Origin: Phoronis australis
Lineage: Eukaryota > Animalia > Phoronida
DNA: 64,000 nucleotides
Direction: 5' to 3'
NCBI GenBank assembly: GCA_002633005.1
Contig: NMRA01000377.1
Coordinates: 1 to 64,000, forward strand
Under the pieces are notes generated by a model. It was not told the origin of the DNA. It did not search any database and saw only the letters and a list, made by a program, of their open reading frames with translations. This document shows positions 45,514 to 58,630 of this stretch, one piece after another (the first letter of the stretch is position 1; the number at the start of each line of letters is the position of its first letter). Both the position numbers and the translations under genes were made by a program.

Positions 45514-48500
45514 CTGTAGAAAAAACGCATATTATGAACCAACAACCTTATTACAGGTAGCGAAAGACGTTGCATACCCAAAGAATTGTGGGATAACAGC
45601 ACCGTCAGCAGCCCCAGATATCACTTCAATTAAGAAGTATTTGAAGCAGCCGAAGTTCAGTTTATCATAGACACAAGTAACACCTACCCAAAATCAACTG
45701 CCACCTTTCCAAGTAGAAGGATCAGAGGAATCGTATCCAACACATCAATGCTCTGGGAAGGAAAAGCACAGACTTTTGCTGACCCTCAAAAGGACAAGTG
45801 ATTACACAAACCACTGGTCTGGGCAGTGCAGTAGATTCCCAACAGAATTGCTCAGACTTCGATACAACTTTGAGGTCTAGCACACTTGTGAATGTAATCA
45901 TTACAAAAGAACACAAGGTCACAAGTCAACATCCCTCATTGCCTACCTCCATGCAAATGTAGAATATGCCACCCTGCTCCTTTATGCTGTCTTCAATACT
46001 GCGGAGAGCCTGTTTCAGCATGGACAGTCCTTCCACACGCTCCAGCGTTGTCGTGGTGACCACATATAGAGGCGGGGCTATGAGGTTGATCTACAAATGA
46101 AGGGTTGGAGCTACCAAGAAATTCTACAAACTTAGGGGAGGGGTTTCACTCAAAGTGCCCGTGAATACCATTTTTCCAACAAAGATGACAGTGACAATTG
46201 ATCACTTTAATCAAAGTGGAAATCCCTCTGCCAATAAATTTGAACACAATAGCTGTGAGCATTGGACATGTCTTAACTAAAACTAGAAGACAGCTATACG
46301 TAAAAATGTGGTACTCCTAAGTACTTTAATAAAGAATATGATTTGAACTGCAAAGTGTCACTTATAAATTCACAATTTATATGAAAGCAACCGTGAATTT
46401 ACGTATCAAATTCACAGCACGTGCTGCACTTGAAGTGAATACCCAAACGAGAAAAGGACCTGGACATTAAAAGTTCGGAAAAACAGCACTAGAGAAATGT
46501 CTGCAAAAGAATTTTTAAAAGTCAAAAAACTCGACAGTGAATGCTACTACAGAAACAAGCTATTTCAAGACCACATGGCATACACTTTAGATCAACAAGT
46601 AGTTACTTTTATTGGCATATCTTCTGTTGACAAATCCTTTCCTATTGAAAGCGCCTTCTTCACTGCATCGATTCCTTCATAACCATAGCAGGCTACTTCA
46701 ATATCTGTTGAAGAAAGAGTCATAGTTAAGCTTGAGCTTACCAAGGTACAGGCAATAGAGTCCTATTCTGATGACTGTTCTTTATATTAAAACTTATACG
46801 AAGTTGGCCTGAATAAGCATTTCATCGACACTATGGTAAGCGATCCCCAATTTCAGGCACTTATCAACCATTATCCTAAAAATGTGGAGTTACGTCTGTG
46901 ATATTTTTATTATGTTTTTCTAAAATAAGAAAATCGCAATATTTTTCGGACGAGTTAAGTGTCTCAATTAAAGAAACAATGCTGGAGAATTTGAACAGCA
47001 GATCTTGGGGAACTGGTCTCGACGTTTTTGCAGAACTGGATATTACAAGGAATCATGTTGATGCTGAACTCAATTTGTGTAGAACAACATTTTAATAGTG
47101 GAATTTGACTTTAATCTGCAAAAATTTTATTAAAAAGAAAAAAGCCAAGTCAAAAGACTACCTCTCTAAAAACTTTGAGCAGACTTAGATTCATTCACAT
47201 ACAGCTTTTGAGCTGATTTATTACAAAATTTTTGAAAACACCAACAAAACCTGATCAATACAAACAAAAGAACAGGTGGATAATTATTGCCATTTCAGAA
47301 GTCTACAAAACGTTAGCTTTAGGGAGGCAAGTGGTAAAAGGCTTATTTCTAGCAAAATTAATACATTTGATTTAAAAATGAGTACATGAAAGTACGAAAT
47401 TCCACACTTGATTTGGACAAAGCATCTTCACATTGACAATACTAAAGACTATCTTGCAAAGTAACACTTGCAAATATGGTCCCTACAGTATGTTAAGAGC
47501 ATTAGTGCCATAAATTGTCAAATGTAACAAACTGTTAGGCATATTGGCTTGCTTTTGTCTACGTCACCGTGAGAATCACCTTTTAATTCAAACAGCTGTG
47601 AATAAAACTCGCATGCAATGGTGTTCTATTCAGACCCCTATTCAATACAACTGTTATCAACCTTTTTTGTTTATGCTGGGTTCTCATGGTGATGCAATAT
47701 GACATGAAAAGGCAGCTTCGCCCATTATTTGACGGGCCAAAAATCCGTGTGATTAAACACGCGTTTTCTTATTTTGTTTGAACTACAAGGTTAGCCCAAT
47801 ACATCTAAAATAACAAAATTTCATTGAAGTTAGGCTTTAAATATAATCGTCCCATTTTACTGTATCTGGACACACGAAGATGACCACCAGGCAGAAAATA
47901 AAATTCTTTACATATATTTTACATAGAAAAATACAGGGAAGAGGGGCCAGAGAAGAGGGGGCAGGGAAAGGGGGCTACGGAAGGGGGACCAGGGATGGGG
48001 GGCCCAGGGAAGGAGGGCAAGGGAAGGAGGGCCAGGAAAGTGTACATTTTACACACTAATGACGTTCATTGTGAGCAACCCCTAAACACAGCTCATGTCG
48101 ACTAGTCACAAACCTGCTCTAATTTTTACAGCCTGTGGAGTCAGGCGACGCTTGATGTTATCGAGTAAAATGGACTTTGTCTCGTCGTCTATCTCACAGT
48201 CATCAAGCACCTCGGGATTCCTGTCAGCAAAAAACAAAATAAGCAACTGACCTGACATGACATGCTATAAGAACAAATACAGAGTCAAAGAGGTGGTTGT
48301 CTCTTAGGATAAGTGTCAATCAATGTACAGCAAATTCTAACTCCCAGTGCGGATTTTTGAACCAAACACGTTTTTGCACTTACGGCCAAAATAAACCAAT
48401 TCAAATTTGTCGTGTCAGCAAACAGGTGGCAGCAGCATGATAGATCGTGGAGAGCACTGAAGTCGAACTTTAATGAAAAGTGAAACTACAAACACATTTT

Positions 48501-50431
48501 CATTAAATTTTTACCTTAGCTACCATCTACTTAAGAAAATGAATGACAGCTACCTTAAGAGTTAAAACACTACAAAGCAAAGATAAAAAAATAAAATTTG
48601 AAATAGTCATATTCGTGGTATTTCAACAAGAGCCTGAAAGTGTTTTTTTCAATTTCAAAGAAGATAAAACCTTTTCGTTGTTTCTTGATTAATACCGAGT
48701 ATGCCTCATAGTTGAAGCCAGCACATATATGCCCATCATACTAGAGCTTTACACCACAATTAATAAGCAGCAGTTTTTATGATCAATCACATTTTGACTG
48801 AAAATTGCTAGTTTACCATTATCAAATGCAGTCAAATCAACGTGCATAATACAGACTTCCGCTCAACTTGGACAAAGTTGCATTTGTCCCTTACTCTGGT
48901 AAAATCTTGCACTCAGATAGGATCCGACTTATCAGAGTTTAACTGCAGAATAAAATTCCATTGAAACTAAACGATGTTCGATTACTCAAATCTGATGACC
49001 AGAGAACCAGTCCAATTTCTTGACTCACGTGACGGCATGTTTGAAGACCTCATACGCAGCGCCAGGCTTGCCGTATTTTTCGTCAAACATCCACGCCGTC
49101 TTTTTGTAGAGTTCCTCCAACTGAGCGTCCGATGAGTACTTTAACAGTTCCGCTACATGCCGTAGAATGCTGTTTATCTACAGATAGGACAAAGCATAAA
49201 TCAACAGCTCGAAAAAAAAAAATTCCAGATGGCCAACCAGTCAGTGGAGTTACTGGTCATACCCAATTCCATGCCTTCAACAAACAATTAAAATCCAAGC
49301 AAGGAGTGTAGTACAATTGGCAAAAACAAGACGGGTGGAAAACAACTTACACATTTTGCTTTGGCATATTTTTCTTCACATTTGACTATATCCTCGGGCG
49401 ACACTCTTCTTTTAGAGAGATCAATATAACCTGAAGAAACAAGACAATAGTGACTAAGTGACTAGACCTTTGGTAAATAAGAGCTAAGGCGGACTCATGT
49501 CCCACTTTCCTTGGCATCGTGGTACTAAGCTGTTACAGCAAAGTGGCAATTTGCCTGAGGTTTCTAAAACCTCACGCTGGTTTTCCAAATGCGGGGCAAC
49601 AGACCTAACGCGTGGCTACGCAACGACTTTGTCCCACTTTCCGCTAAATTTGGAAACCCGCGAGTGGTCCCACGATGTGTTGATTAATACTTATCTGCTA
49701 AAGACGCAGACATTGATAGATCGATGGATGTACAAGCAATGAAAGTGCTAGAATGCGCCCACATTGGTACATTATCATGACAAAGCAGCGTGCATTTTAG
49801 TTGTCTGTGATAGAAGTGTTGCTGCCCTGCCAACACATTGTGGAACTTATACTAGGCTACGCGCATGCACTACACCTGGGTCAGCGAATCAGTCGCAGCT
49901 TTTTCTGAGATTTAAAACAATTTAAACAAGTACAAGACTACAACTTAAAAAATCCTAACTTTTATTGTTAATTTGAGTGTATCCTAAGATAAGGCCATAA
50001 GGTAATTGACATTCCAGTGGCGTCTTATGCAGCCCACTTGGAGGTCTCACCTCAGACCTCCAAGTCAAATCAAGCACATTACGCCCTGTTTCAACCGCAT
50101 TAACCATAGCCATCCTGTTCATTCTGAGTATCTCTTTAGCAACAATGGCCATATTCACACAACCAGCATCAAACATCCCTAACGGCAACTGACCTTTGTC
50201 CTTGTCTACTCTGATGACGACGACGCATTCACTGCGGCCGACACGGATCAGTTTGTTGATGGATCGGATACGTCTCCTTGACAACTCGCTGAGTAAGATC
50301 ATGCCCTCAATGTTGTTATATTCCAGTAGGTGGACATAGGCGCCCATATCGGCCACCTGGCGCACGTTGACCATGACGACATCGTCGATCTCTGGGTAAC
50401 GATGGCTGTAGTAACGACACGAGAAAGGCAT
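45355..50431 (-). CDS. EIF2S1: Eukaryotic translation initiation factor 2 subunit alpha, complement(join(45355..45513,45947..46090,46607..46704,48114..48220,49029..49177,49351..49430,50194..50431)), 975 nt, 324 aa
   Basis: Stop-free GT-AG join. Contains the S1 domain with LLSELS51[55 protein letters not shown] and an acidic C-terminal tail. Confidence 0.97.
45947..46090 (-). CDS. EIF2S1: eIF2-alpha coding exon 6 ([10 protein letters not shown]...GGIFYICME)
   Basis: 144 nt, TTGTAG| acceptor and GAG|GTAGGC donor. Confidence 0.96.
46607..46704 (-). CDS. EIF2S1: eIF2-alpha coding exon 5 ([33 protein letters not shown])
   Basis: 98 nt, AACAG| acceptor and |GTAACT donor. Confidence 0.96.
47935..48036 (+). 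repeat. Purine-rich, G-tract degenerate minisatellite (about 14-bp unit) in an EIF2S1 intron
   Basis: More than ten GGG or longer runs separated by short spacers. G-quadruplex-competent on the + (template) strand. Confidence 0.7.
48114..48220 (-). CDS. EIF2S1: eIF2-alpha coding exon 4 (NPEVLDDC...[12 protein letters not shown])
   Basis: 107 nt, GACAG| acceptor and CAG|GTTTGT donor. Confidence 0.96.
49029..49177 (-). CDS. EIF2S1: eIF2-alpha coding exon 3 ([12 protein letters not shown]...VFKHAVT)
   Basis: 149 nt, CTGTAG| acceptor and |GTGAGT donor. Confidence 0.96.
49351..49430 (-). CDS. EIF2S1: eIF2-alpha coding exon 2 ([27 protein letters not shown])
   Basis: 80 nt, TTCAG| acceptor and |GTAAGT donor. 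Confidence 0.96.
50194..50431 (-). CDS. EIF2S1: eIF2-alpha coding exon 1 (MPFSCRYY...VDKDK; exon starts at 50450 with 5'UTR)
   Basis: Acceptor TTGCAG| at 50451, ACGATG start, donor AAG|GTCAGT. Contains Ser51. Confidence 0.97.
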
Positions 50432-53399
50432 CGTGGTGTACAAGTGAAGCCTGCAATGCAAAGTGGCTGCTACTCAATAATTATGCATATTACACAATAA
50501 CTTAGAATCACAAATCTTTCATAAGTCAAATTTACCAAAATATCACCTGAATAAGGAAAAATCTGAGTAACTGTTTGAGACAAAAAAGGGCCCAACAAAC
50601 GACCCACAATGCATCTGCAAAAACCATCATCAGCACCATTAGTAAGCTTCGCCATAGATGAAATCCCTCAAATTGTATCGAGTGAAAAAGCCTTCTACAA
50701 GACAATAGCTCTTCCAACTCTACAGCAGCATGCTGCACAGACACTGGCATCTCAGTGGCTGCCAGTGGATGCCTTCCACTTTCGACCTTTGACCAATCAC
50801 AACAACCTGTTGCCCCACTGACCCCAGTCCCAAAGTTTGTCTCAACCCATGGAGAAGTCACTGCCCATTTCACACAAGGTTCAAACATCAAATGCGGTGA
50901 GAAGGCCGGCATATAAAGTGTACATTCCCCCTCTTACCCCAGATGTAAACAAAAGGGTCGACATTTTGCAATATAAAAACAACCAAGAAGAAAATATCGG
51001 CCGTCAGCGTCAAATTTTCAGGAATACTGATAGTGACCAGATTATTGTTAAAACAATGAAACACTGAACTAGTTTTAGCAGTTTAGTCATCAATTCAACA
51101 ATGTGCAAAAGCGATACACGAAGAGATGACTGTTGTTCAGATCTAACAGTGCAACTGGGCAAACCCCACACTAGTCGTGGCGGAAAGGACAGAAGAAGTG
51201 AATTTTCTAACATAATTCAACACTCCTTCCTCGTCGACCAATCACTACGGTGGCCACCACATGCCACTTAAGTCACAAGCTTACTAGTGAAATATTCGCA
51301 TGTTTAGTTTAATGCCAACCCATATTCTACACTGTCAGTGTTCATCAAACTTAGTTTCAAGACGTGCAATTAAATATGATTTAGTGACGATAACTTGTTC
51401 GCCACACCGACTTAGACGGGTAGCTAATAATACAAGCAACAAAACATCGCAGCTCATGGCAGTGGCCATTTAGTCCGCTCGACTTTCTTAAATACAGAGA
51501 ATTTCTTAAAAATGTATTTGTAAAAACCACCTGTCATCAACTTTGAAGACTTATCTACAAATGTAAACAGGCTGAGAACTTTAATATGATCACTAAGACC
51601 AACCAACTTTTCCCATATAACTTTGCCTGGATTAAAATCAATAACTTGCCAACATTGCGACACCTTCAGCCCAAATAAAACTACAAGCATAGTTTCTCTA
51701 CATAATTTCTTAGTTGAATGTATTATCTACAAATCTATAATATCTGCCAACTGCGCCGCTCTTGGCAGGCAGGTCCATCCCCCATTTTGAACGTTTGCAT
51801 CATTTTTATCACGTGACGAAATTTACAGACTAACATTGTTGCCCTGATGAGTGTATATTTCCGTAGGTTTTTCATCCTAGTTCACACTATAACACCCACC
51901 CCTATTTCCCGCATACCAATTCACACAACAGAAAATGATGTTTCTGGGTTATGAGGCAGACACTTTCATGCAACATGCTATGCTCTTTCATTTTGGAATG
52001 TTAGTTAAATACAACTGAGGAAAAAACCTCATCACAAAATAAAACATTGGCTCTTGCAACAAGTGAGGGTCACGTGTCAGTCTGTATTCCATATGCTAGC
52101 ATTCATGAGTAGCCAGCACTGAGGTTTTACAGGCCTAGAATGTAAGATTCCAGTTGCTCAATAATTGTTGCATAACGATAATCCATTCACTCATTTTGTG
52201 CATTACGCTTTTATCCAGCTTTTAGTCATTTTTGGTGCCTCAAGGATTGGATAAGTGACCCAAAATCTGACCATTGTTGTACAACAGCTGTTGAATTGGG
52301 AAAAATAACCCGATAATCAATATTTATTTACAGTAAACGAGGTGTGATCAACATTTTCGCAAAGGGGATAAAATTTTCCACAAAATCGGTGCAATTTATA
52401 TATCTAAAATCCAAAAATTATAACTTATAACCAAGTATTGTTGAGTGAAACAAGTCGAAACCGCGAGTGTCCAGTTGCTTAGTTATAGCCTACTTTTCGG
52501 ATGTGAATAGTCCCTGAATAACTGCGTCATCATTTACTACATTCCCAACTAGTTCTCTTTTCTACAGGGGCCGTTAGATCTGGTTTCCCTAAGGTTTTAT
52601 GGCAGAACTGAATGAAAGTATAATGAGACAGATTTCCGATTTGGTTTTCTGTTTCTCGACTACAACAGTACAACACTGCTCAACTTCATTTCAATATTTT
52701 CATGGCCATCGCGGCCGGCTGCCGGTATCACTTTCATTTTCCAGCTAATACAACACATCTCTTTCAGATTTGACGAGCACTTTGTTCAGAAACCTCTAGG
52801 TAATAAAGTCCTGCATACCTAACACCTTAAATATTCAGTAACAGGGTCTCGAGCGCTTCAATACTGTAGGAAACTTGACCGGCTTTTCACCTTACATGTG
52901 AGCTGACGCAAGACACCAGTGCGCATACCCTTCACGCATGTGGATGTCATCAAATGGCCACTCGGAGGCGCTTTAGTTCTTTTCGATGTCTCTTTGTTTC
53001 TTTTTATGTGAGGGGGCGGTGTTGAGGGCGGTGAGCTAAGTCACAATCGCGTCAGCTAGTGTTTAGCGGTAACACAAGTTGATCAAAGCTAGGAAAGACA
53101 AAATGACTGATAAGTCCTCACAATTTAATTTTAAGCAGTGTGTTCGAGAAGCTGACTTCATGCTAGGAACTGGTTCCTAGTTTTGGGTCCAGACTCTAGT
53201 GTCCTATCACAGAAAGAAAAGGTTCGCATTGTCCTGACAATCAGCCGCAGACATCTCTTTACTACGACTGATAAAAAAATAATAGAAAACGTATAATATA
53301 ACAATTTATAGCCGGACAACAATAAAAATCCGCAGTTTCTCAATCAGCTCGCTGGAAACTCAGTGAACAACCAAGACAAAGTGGGGCAAATCCGAAAAG

Positions 53400-53900
53400 T
53401 CATTTCGACGTGATCCCCGTCGTCGCCCAACGTGGTTGCCAAATAACCCGCCGATGACAGAAAAAACGCCAGAGAGGGTATTACCTTCGTTTTGACCACA
53501 GCGGTCGATTTCACACTGCGACATCGATCTAAACGATTTGCAAAAAGTCATGGCATGAACACAACCGCCTTGTCTTAAAATTTTTAAAAACAAAATTAAT
53601 TTAAAGCGGTAAAAAAATCCGAATTCCGTCGGACAGACTGACTCTTCATTCCAACCACTATAAAATTAGCCCACTAAGCCACTACTTACTGTTCCGTACG
53701 TACTCGGATTTTGGGCGTTCAGTTCGTGCCGCTCGAGGCCAAGCTCGCGCGTGGGTGACGCCGTTGGCTGAAAAAGTCGCCGTATACTGAGAGATGTCAT
53801 GTATTTTGAGGGTCAGCTATCACACCTATTTTGCCGCTGAGGAACAATTTGAGAGGCAACTCCATGATACGGCGGCAAAATCTGTTCCTGTTCTCAGTTT
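53400..53900. promoter_or_regulatory. CpG-rich probable promoter and non-coding first exon of EIF2S1 (donor at 53485 on minus strand); possibly bidirectional
   Basis: Local CpG enrichment and a minus-strand donor GAAG|GTAATA at 53485/53484. The exon at 50450 has an acceptor before its ATG, so an upstream non-coding exon is required. Confidence 0.5.
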
Positions 53901-56900
53901 TGTAAGGTGGGTCACCCGCTTTAACCAAACATTTCTACAGTTGATGTTTTTCAACCATGCACGGGCACCCGAATTTACAGAAAGAGTTTTACCATTTTAA
54001 TTACGTGTGGCGCATCAACAAAATGGTCGAACCTGGTCGTGAGAGCTTGATACTGGGGGTTTCCGTAAATAAAGCCCACCACGACTCGGAACGCGAACTA
54101 TGCATTCATTAACTGAACATAAATTTAAAAACACATTTTGAGTAAAAATGTCAGTCAGAAAACTTATGACTTTCCGTTTGCACGTCCCCTTTTTCCGAAT
54201 AAATGCCCGGTTGTTTATTTGGTGTTATTAAAACGTATTTTTTTCATTTTCCGAATACACACCTATGGACATGCCGTCCCACTCAAGGAACGGCGAGCAA
54301 GCCGTAAGATGAAATTCTATCTTAAAAGACAATTCTTGCAAATTAATCGTATTATGTGGGTTACTGAGTGGAGACTTCGGCTAAAAAAAATGGTCAGTTG
54401 CTTGCCAGGCCATCATGAGTGAGCAGGATAGTCGACAGGCAACATTCATGCGCGAAGACTAAGGCAGTCGCCGCCTCATCAACATGAATTTTAAAAATCT
54501 CCAGTCAGGTTTCAATTGAGTAATATCCTTGAAAATGTAAGGCTAAATTTGATTCGACACTCCGTCATAACAAACTCTACGATTTTGTATCTTGATGGCA
54601 GGCCATCACTGAACTAGCGAATGACGGCTCAACTTCTCTCAACATGAGTGCGTCAGTAAATGTTGTTCCCGCCCTTTGATGACCTTTGAGGAATATCCCA
54701 GAGTTCATTGCAAAATTTAATTTACACATGCGCATTGACAGTATTGCAAATGGCGGCACTTGTTATTGTTTCATGGCGTACATAAAATTAAGCAAAATTG
54801 ACGGTAAAATTTGATCACAATAAGGTAGGTTGAGAGTTTCTGTTTACTGTCATGCACAGATGCATCTTATTTTTATTGAATGCGTACGTTTTCGTAGCCT
54901 TGATCGCTTTAATGTTTAACATCTAGCAGGTTCAAGTATGGGCCTACATGTCGAGTTGAAAGAATTCTCATGAAAAAATGTAATCCATACCTGGTAATTG
55001 ACAATATCTTAGTTTGGACATCATTGTATTTTTCCGTACCTAAACTGGATCACTGTTTTGAAAATGTATTTATGAAATCGGCGGTGTTTTCTGACATCAG
55101 TTGAGATGTCAACGATTCCAACTTTTAACTGACGCGTGTCTGCAAAATGTCGCGGGGTCGTTGCGTTAGATTCGTTGTGCCTTGTGCCCTTGTGGGAGTC
55201 ACTGTCTTTCTTTTTCAGTATCTTTGTGCTCACAAACGCATTTAGATGCACATGAATCGCTGCCTTTTTAATTTTTAGGAGGTAAACTGCTTAACAGATT
55301 CTTCATGGTTTTGATTCTACCAATTAACAATTCAGCATTTCTGTTTTTGTGTAATATTTTTGTAATACTTTTTACTGCATTGTCTTATAACATCGTTTGT
55401 TTTTAGCTTCAAATGCGTGGACATTTAAAACTGACAATTTATTATGAAAAGTTGAAATATTTTGATTTCTATCAAAATAGCGCCCTGAAATAAAAGACCA
55501 TAAAAATTGGTCAAATGAGAAGGCTTGTTTGATAAGACATATTGATGTTATCTTCATACTTGTTTACATTTCATCTACGGCATCAAGAAATGGGAAACTT
55601 TTAAGTAGCAAAGTAGCTGGTGCTCAAATGGGACCAGTAGACAGTACCACTGGCTCCAGTAGAGACTGACCATGGTCATCCCGTTAGGCCCTCCATACGC
55701 CGGAAGCTTTTCTGCAAATTGTGCCTCACATTTATTAACCATCAAAGCCATGTTGCTATCAGTACCTTTTGCAGATAGAAGGGCCGCATGCTATTGATGA
55801 GGACGAGGAATCATTTTGACTTTTATTTAAAATACATCATGTCTAATCACATCCACTGTAAAAGGGCCTTTTATCAAATCAAACATGTTCCCCTATGCCA
55901 CTCGCTATGAAGACGAAGTACCTCCTGTTATAGCCTGGTGGCGATCAGAGTCGCTGATCCTGTGATCAGCCCCTTGTCTTCCTGAAAGTCTCCCAGTGTT
56001 AAAGTGGAACTTGCACGTTAACGCCTTATCTCTGTGATTGCTTGGTGAAATTAGTTAGAAACACAACATATAGCGATGATGTGAACGTGAAGTCATTTGA
56101 AAATTGTCAAATGTTTTTGAGAACGAGTTTTTGTGTCAAGAATGATCCACCGTAAATCACTTGACCGTATCCGGTGAGTGATGTGACGTTGGGGAATAGC
56201 ACTGCATGATGCAGGCTATGGTGCTAAGGTTACCTGTTTGCAGATTTTTTTGGTTTTTACATTTACAAGTTGTCACTCCACTTTGTTTAGCGTAGATGAT
56301 GTTCAAAGTAGCATTGTCGTTTAATTCCTGCTAGACATTAGTGTAGTTAGGAGCATGCAAATACATCTGTAAGCTTTTCTGAGGTTAGGTCAAGAAATGT
56401 AGACAATCAAAATACACTGCTAACACCATTAAATATTCAGCAGTCACTTCATGTATATACTCCCTGAAGTACTATTTGAATCAAAGTCACGAAAGCAGTC
56501 TGGAATTTAAATCAGTTAATTTAGTTGAAACATGCTCTTAAGAACGGAGCTTCAAACCCACATTTTAACATTGTATTCCTGCTTAGCTGCAAGTGCCGTA
56601 GTGTGCTTGAATTTTGAATTGCGCTTAATCTCAAGATCGCATATGGCTGAACTTGAAATTGCATGTTAAAGCAATCAAGTAAAATTTGTTCAGTTTTCAG
56701 AATTTTTATAACTGTTGGCCTCTCGTTCACCTGTTTTCTCCTTTTTAAGAACTTGTATTCCGGAATCGGAGGAGTTTATGAATGGTTAATCAATTATTGT
56801 TTGGTGAATAAGATCGGCAATATACTAAAAAAAGCTCATTAAAAATTACGTTATTTTATTAATGTGTGATATAGTTTAGTGCAGTGCAATTTTTTATCGT

Positions 56901-57043
56901 GGTGAATTTGGTTATTTAAGTGAACTTGCCAAGTATTTTCAGGTATTCCAAGTTCACACACATGATCTGAAGATGAAACGAAATACCAAATTCAAGCACT
57001 ACAGTAGCACAAGCAGTTAGACAATAAAAGTCATCAACAAAAC

Positions 57044-58630
57044 TTTAGGTCACAAAGCTCATTTTAGCAATTTAGACATTTGAACTGTTTTGATTTTTAG
57101 ATGTAGGTGCATGTTGCCGTTTTCTCTGTCTGAGCGTCCATGGCTATATCTCCTAAACCTCTTTCAGGATGATAATGAGATTTGGCGCACCTGTTGCTAT
57201 GGTGCTCAAGGCGAATGACAAGTTTTAGTCCGATTCGAATACTGCTGTGTCCCCTAGTGGCAATTTCATTTTTTTATGTTTGCCTCTGTATCTTTGGAGT
57301 TTCGTAATGGATTTTTTTGTGAAATTCGTTAAATAGGTTTTTTATTAACAGGGCAATAATACCATTCCATTTACGAGTGAATTTGATAGATTTTACCCCC
57401 ACCTTGTGGCCATTTTTGTTATTATTGCGTCTGTTTTCTGGCATCCACCTTTCTATCTGCCAAAATACTCAAAGGATCATTATGAAAACTTACATATATG
57501 TTCCAGATGAGAAGGCAACAATTGGCGTTCACTTTTGGACAGGTCCGATTACTGTGTCGCCCCCTAGTGGTGATTTTGTTTTTTGCGTCTGGGGCCAAAT
57601 CTCCTTGATTCTTTGAGGGAGCTTTGTAAAATTTGAAAGATGTATTCCTATGGAGACGATGACAAACATTAAGGAGTGTCGATCTGATCCAAATACCACT
57701 GTGCCATCTATTGACAGTTTTTGATGTTTGGCTTTGTATATTCAGAGCATATAAATGTATTTTCATAAAATTCGACAAATAGGTTTCTTTTAAGGAGATG
57801 CGAGTGCCTTTCCGTTTTTGGACAGATTTGTTGTTTTCTGCACCACCTGGTGGCCATTTTTGTTGTTTCTGGCGTCCACTTCTTCATCTGCCATACCACT
57901 GAAAGGATCATTATGAAATTTAGAGATGTGATCCTGTGGAGAAGGCTTCCACTGATGCTGACATTCGGACATGACTGACTACTGTGTCACCCCCTGGTGG
58001 CAATTTTTTTGCGTCTGCAGCCAAATCTCCTTAACTCTTTGAAGGAACTTAGTGAAAATTACAAGATGTGTTTCCATGGAGTCAATGACAAGTGTGGAAC
58101 TGATCCAAATGTAACTGTGCCCTCTAGTGGCAATTTTTTGTATCTTCAGAGCTCATTTATGTATTTTCATGAAATTTTGCAGAAAGGTGACCATTTAAAA
58201 GTTTTTACGTATGTTTTTGACACCTGCCTCTCAATCTGCCAAACCACGCAAAGGATCATTAGCAAAAGTTGATGATTGTATTCCTTATGAAAAGACCCCA
58301 GCTGACATTGATTTTTGGATGTTTTGGATTATGCTGGTGCTCCTTAGGAGCAATTTTGCTTTTTTGCATCTATGGCTTTATCATATTATTATTCGCGAAG
58401 TTTGGCGGATGTGCTCCTGTAGATATGACAACAAATTACAATGAGTTTCAAACCAATCTGAGTACAGCTGTGCCCCCTAGTGTCAATTGTTTTTACATTT
58501 CCCTCTATATCTTAGGAGTTCCTTGGCTTATTTTTAAGAAATTTGGCCAATAGTTGTGTATTAAGGAGACGGCGCCACCTTCTCAAGTCAGACGAGTTTG
58601 ACATATGTGCCATCTAATGGCCATTTTTAT
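57044..58630 (+). mobile_element. Non-autonomous element with internal degenerate tandem repeats (about 145-bp subunits, about 430-bp higher-order unit), resembling Helentron-associated/DINE-1-like elements
   Basis: Recurring ACTGTG...CCCCTAGTGGCAATTT blocks, and 57396-57800 aligns with 57838-58200. It starts at TTTAGGTCAC and ends with a short hairpin GCCATCTAATGGC followed by a T-run. The superfamily is inferred from architecture only. Confidence 0.55.

Noticed and set aside
45301-45670. Several low-complexity ORFs (Ser-, Pro- or His-rich)
   Set aside because: They are shadows of the acidic eIF2-alpha last exon in other frames and on the other strand.
45600-45905. Possible intronic C/D snoRNAs in the last EIF2S1 intron (ATGATTA or ATGATAA ... 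CTGA on minus strand)
   Set aside because: Non-consensus C boxes, no terminal stems and no recognisable rRNA or snRNA complementarity.
49955-50461. 168-aa ORF read as a single-exon truncated eIF2-alpha or viral K3L-like mimic
   Set aside because: Homology stops at the donor at 50194 and six further exons complete a normal eIF2-alpha. The ORF tail is intron read-through.
51934-52018. C/D-snoRNA-like layout on + (ATGATGT...CAGA...CTGA) with TCTGGGTTATGAG complementary to a tRNA-Met anticodon arm, inside the EIF2S1 first intron
   Set aside because: It is antisense to the host gene, the C box is imperfect, and the fifth-nucleotide rule points to A35 rather than C34. An 11-13-nt match to some part of a tRNA is expected by chance in 128 kb of strands.
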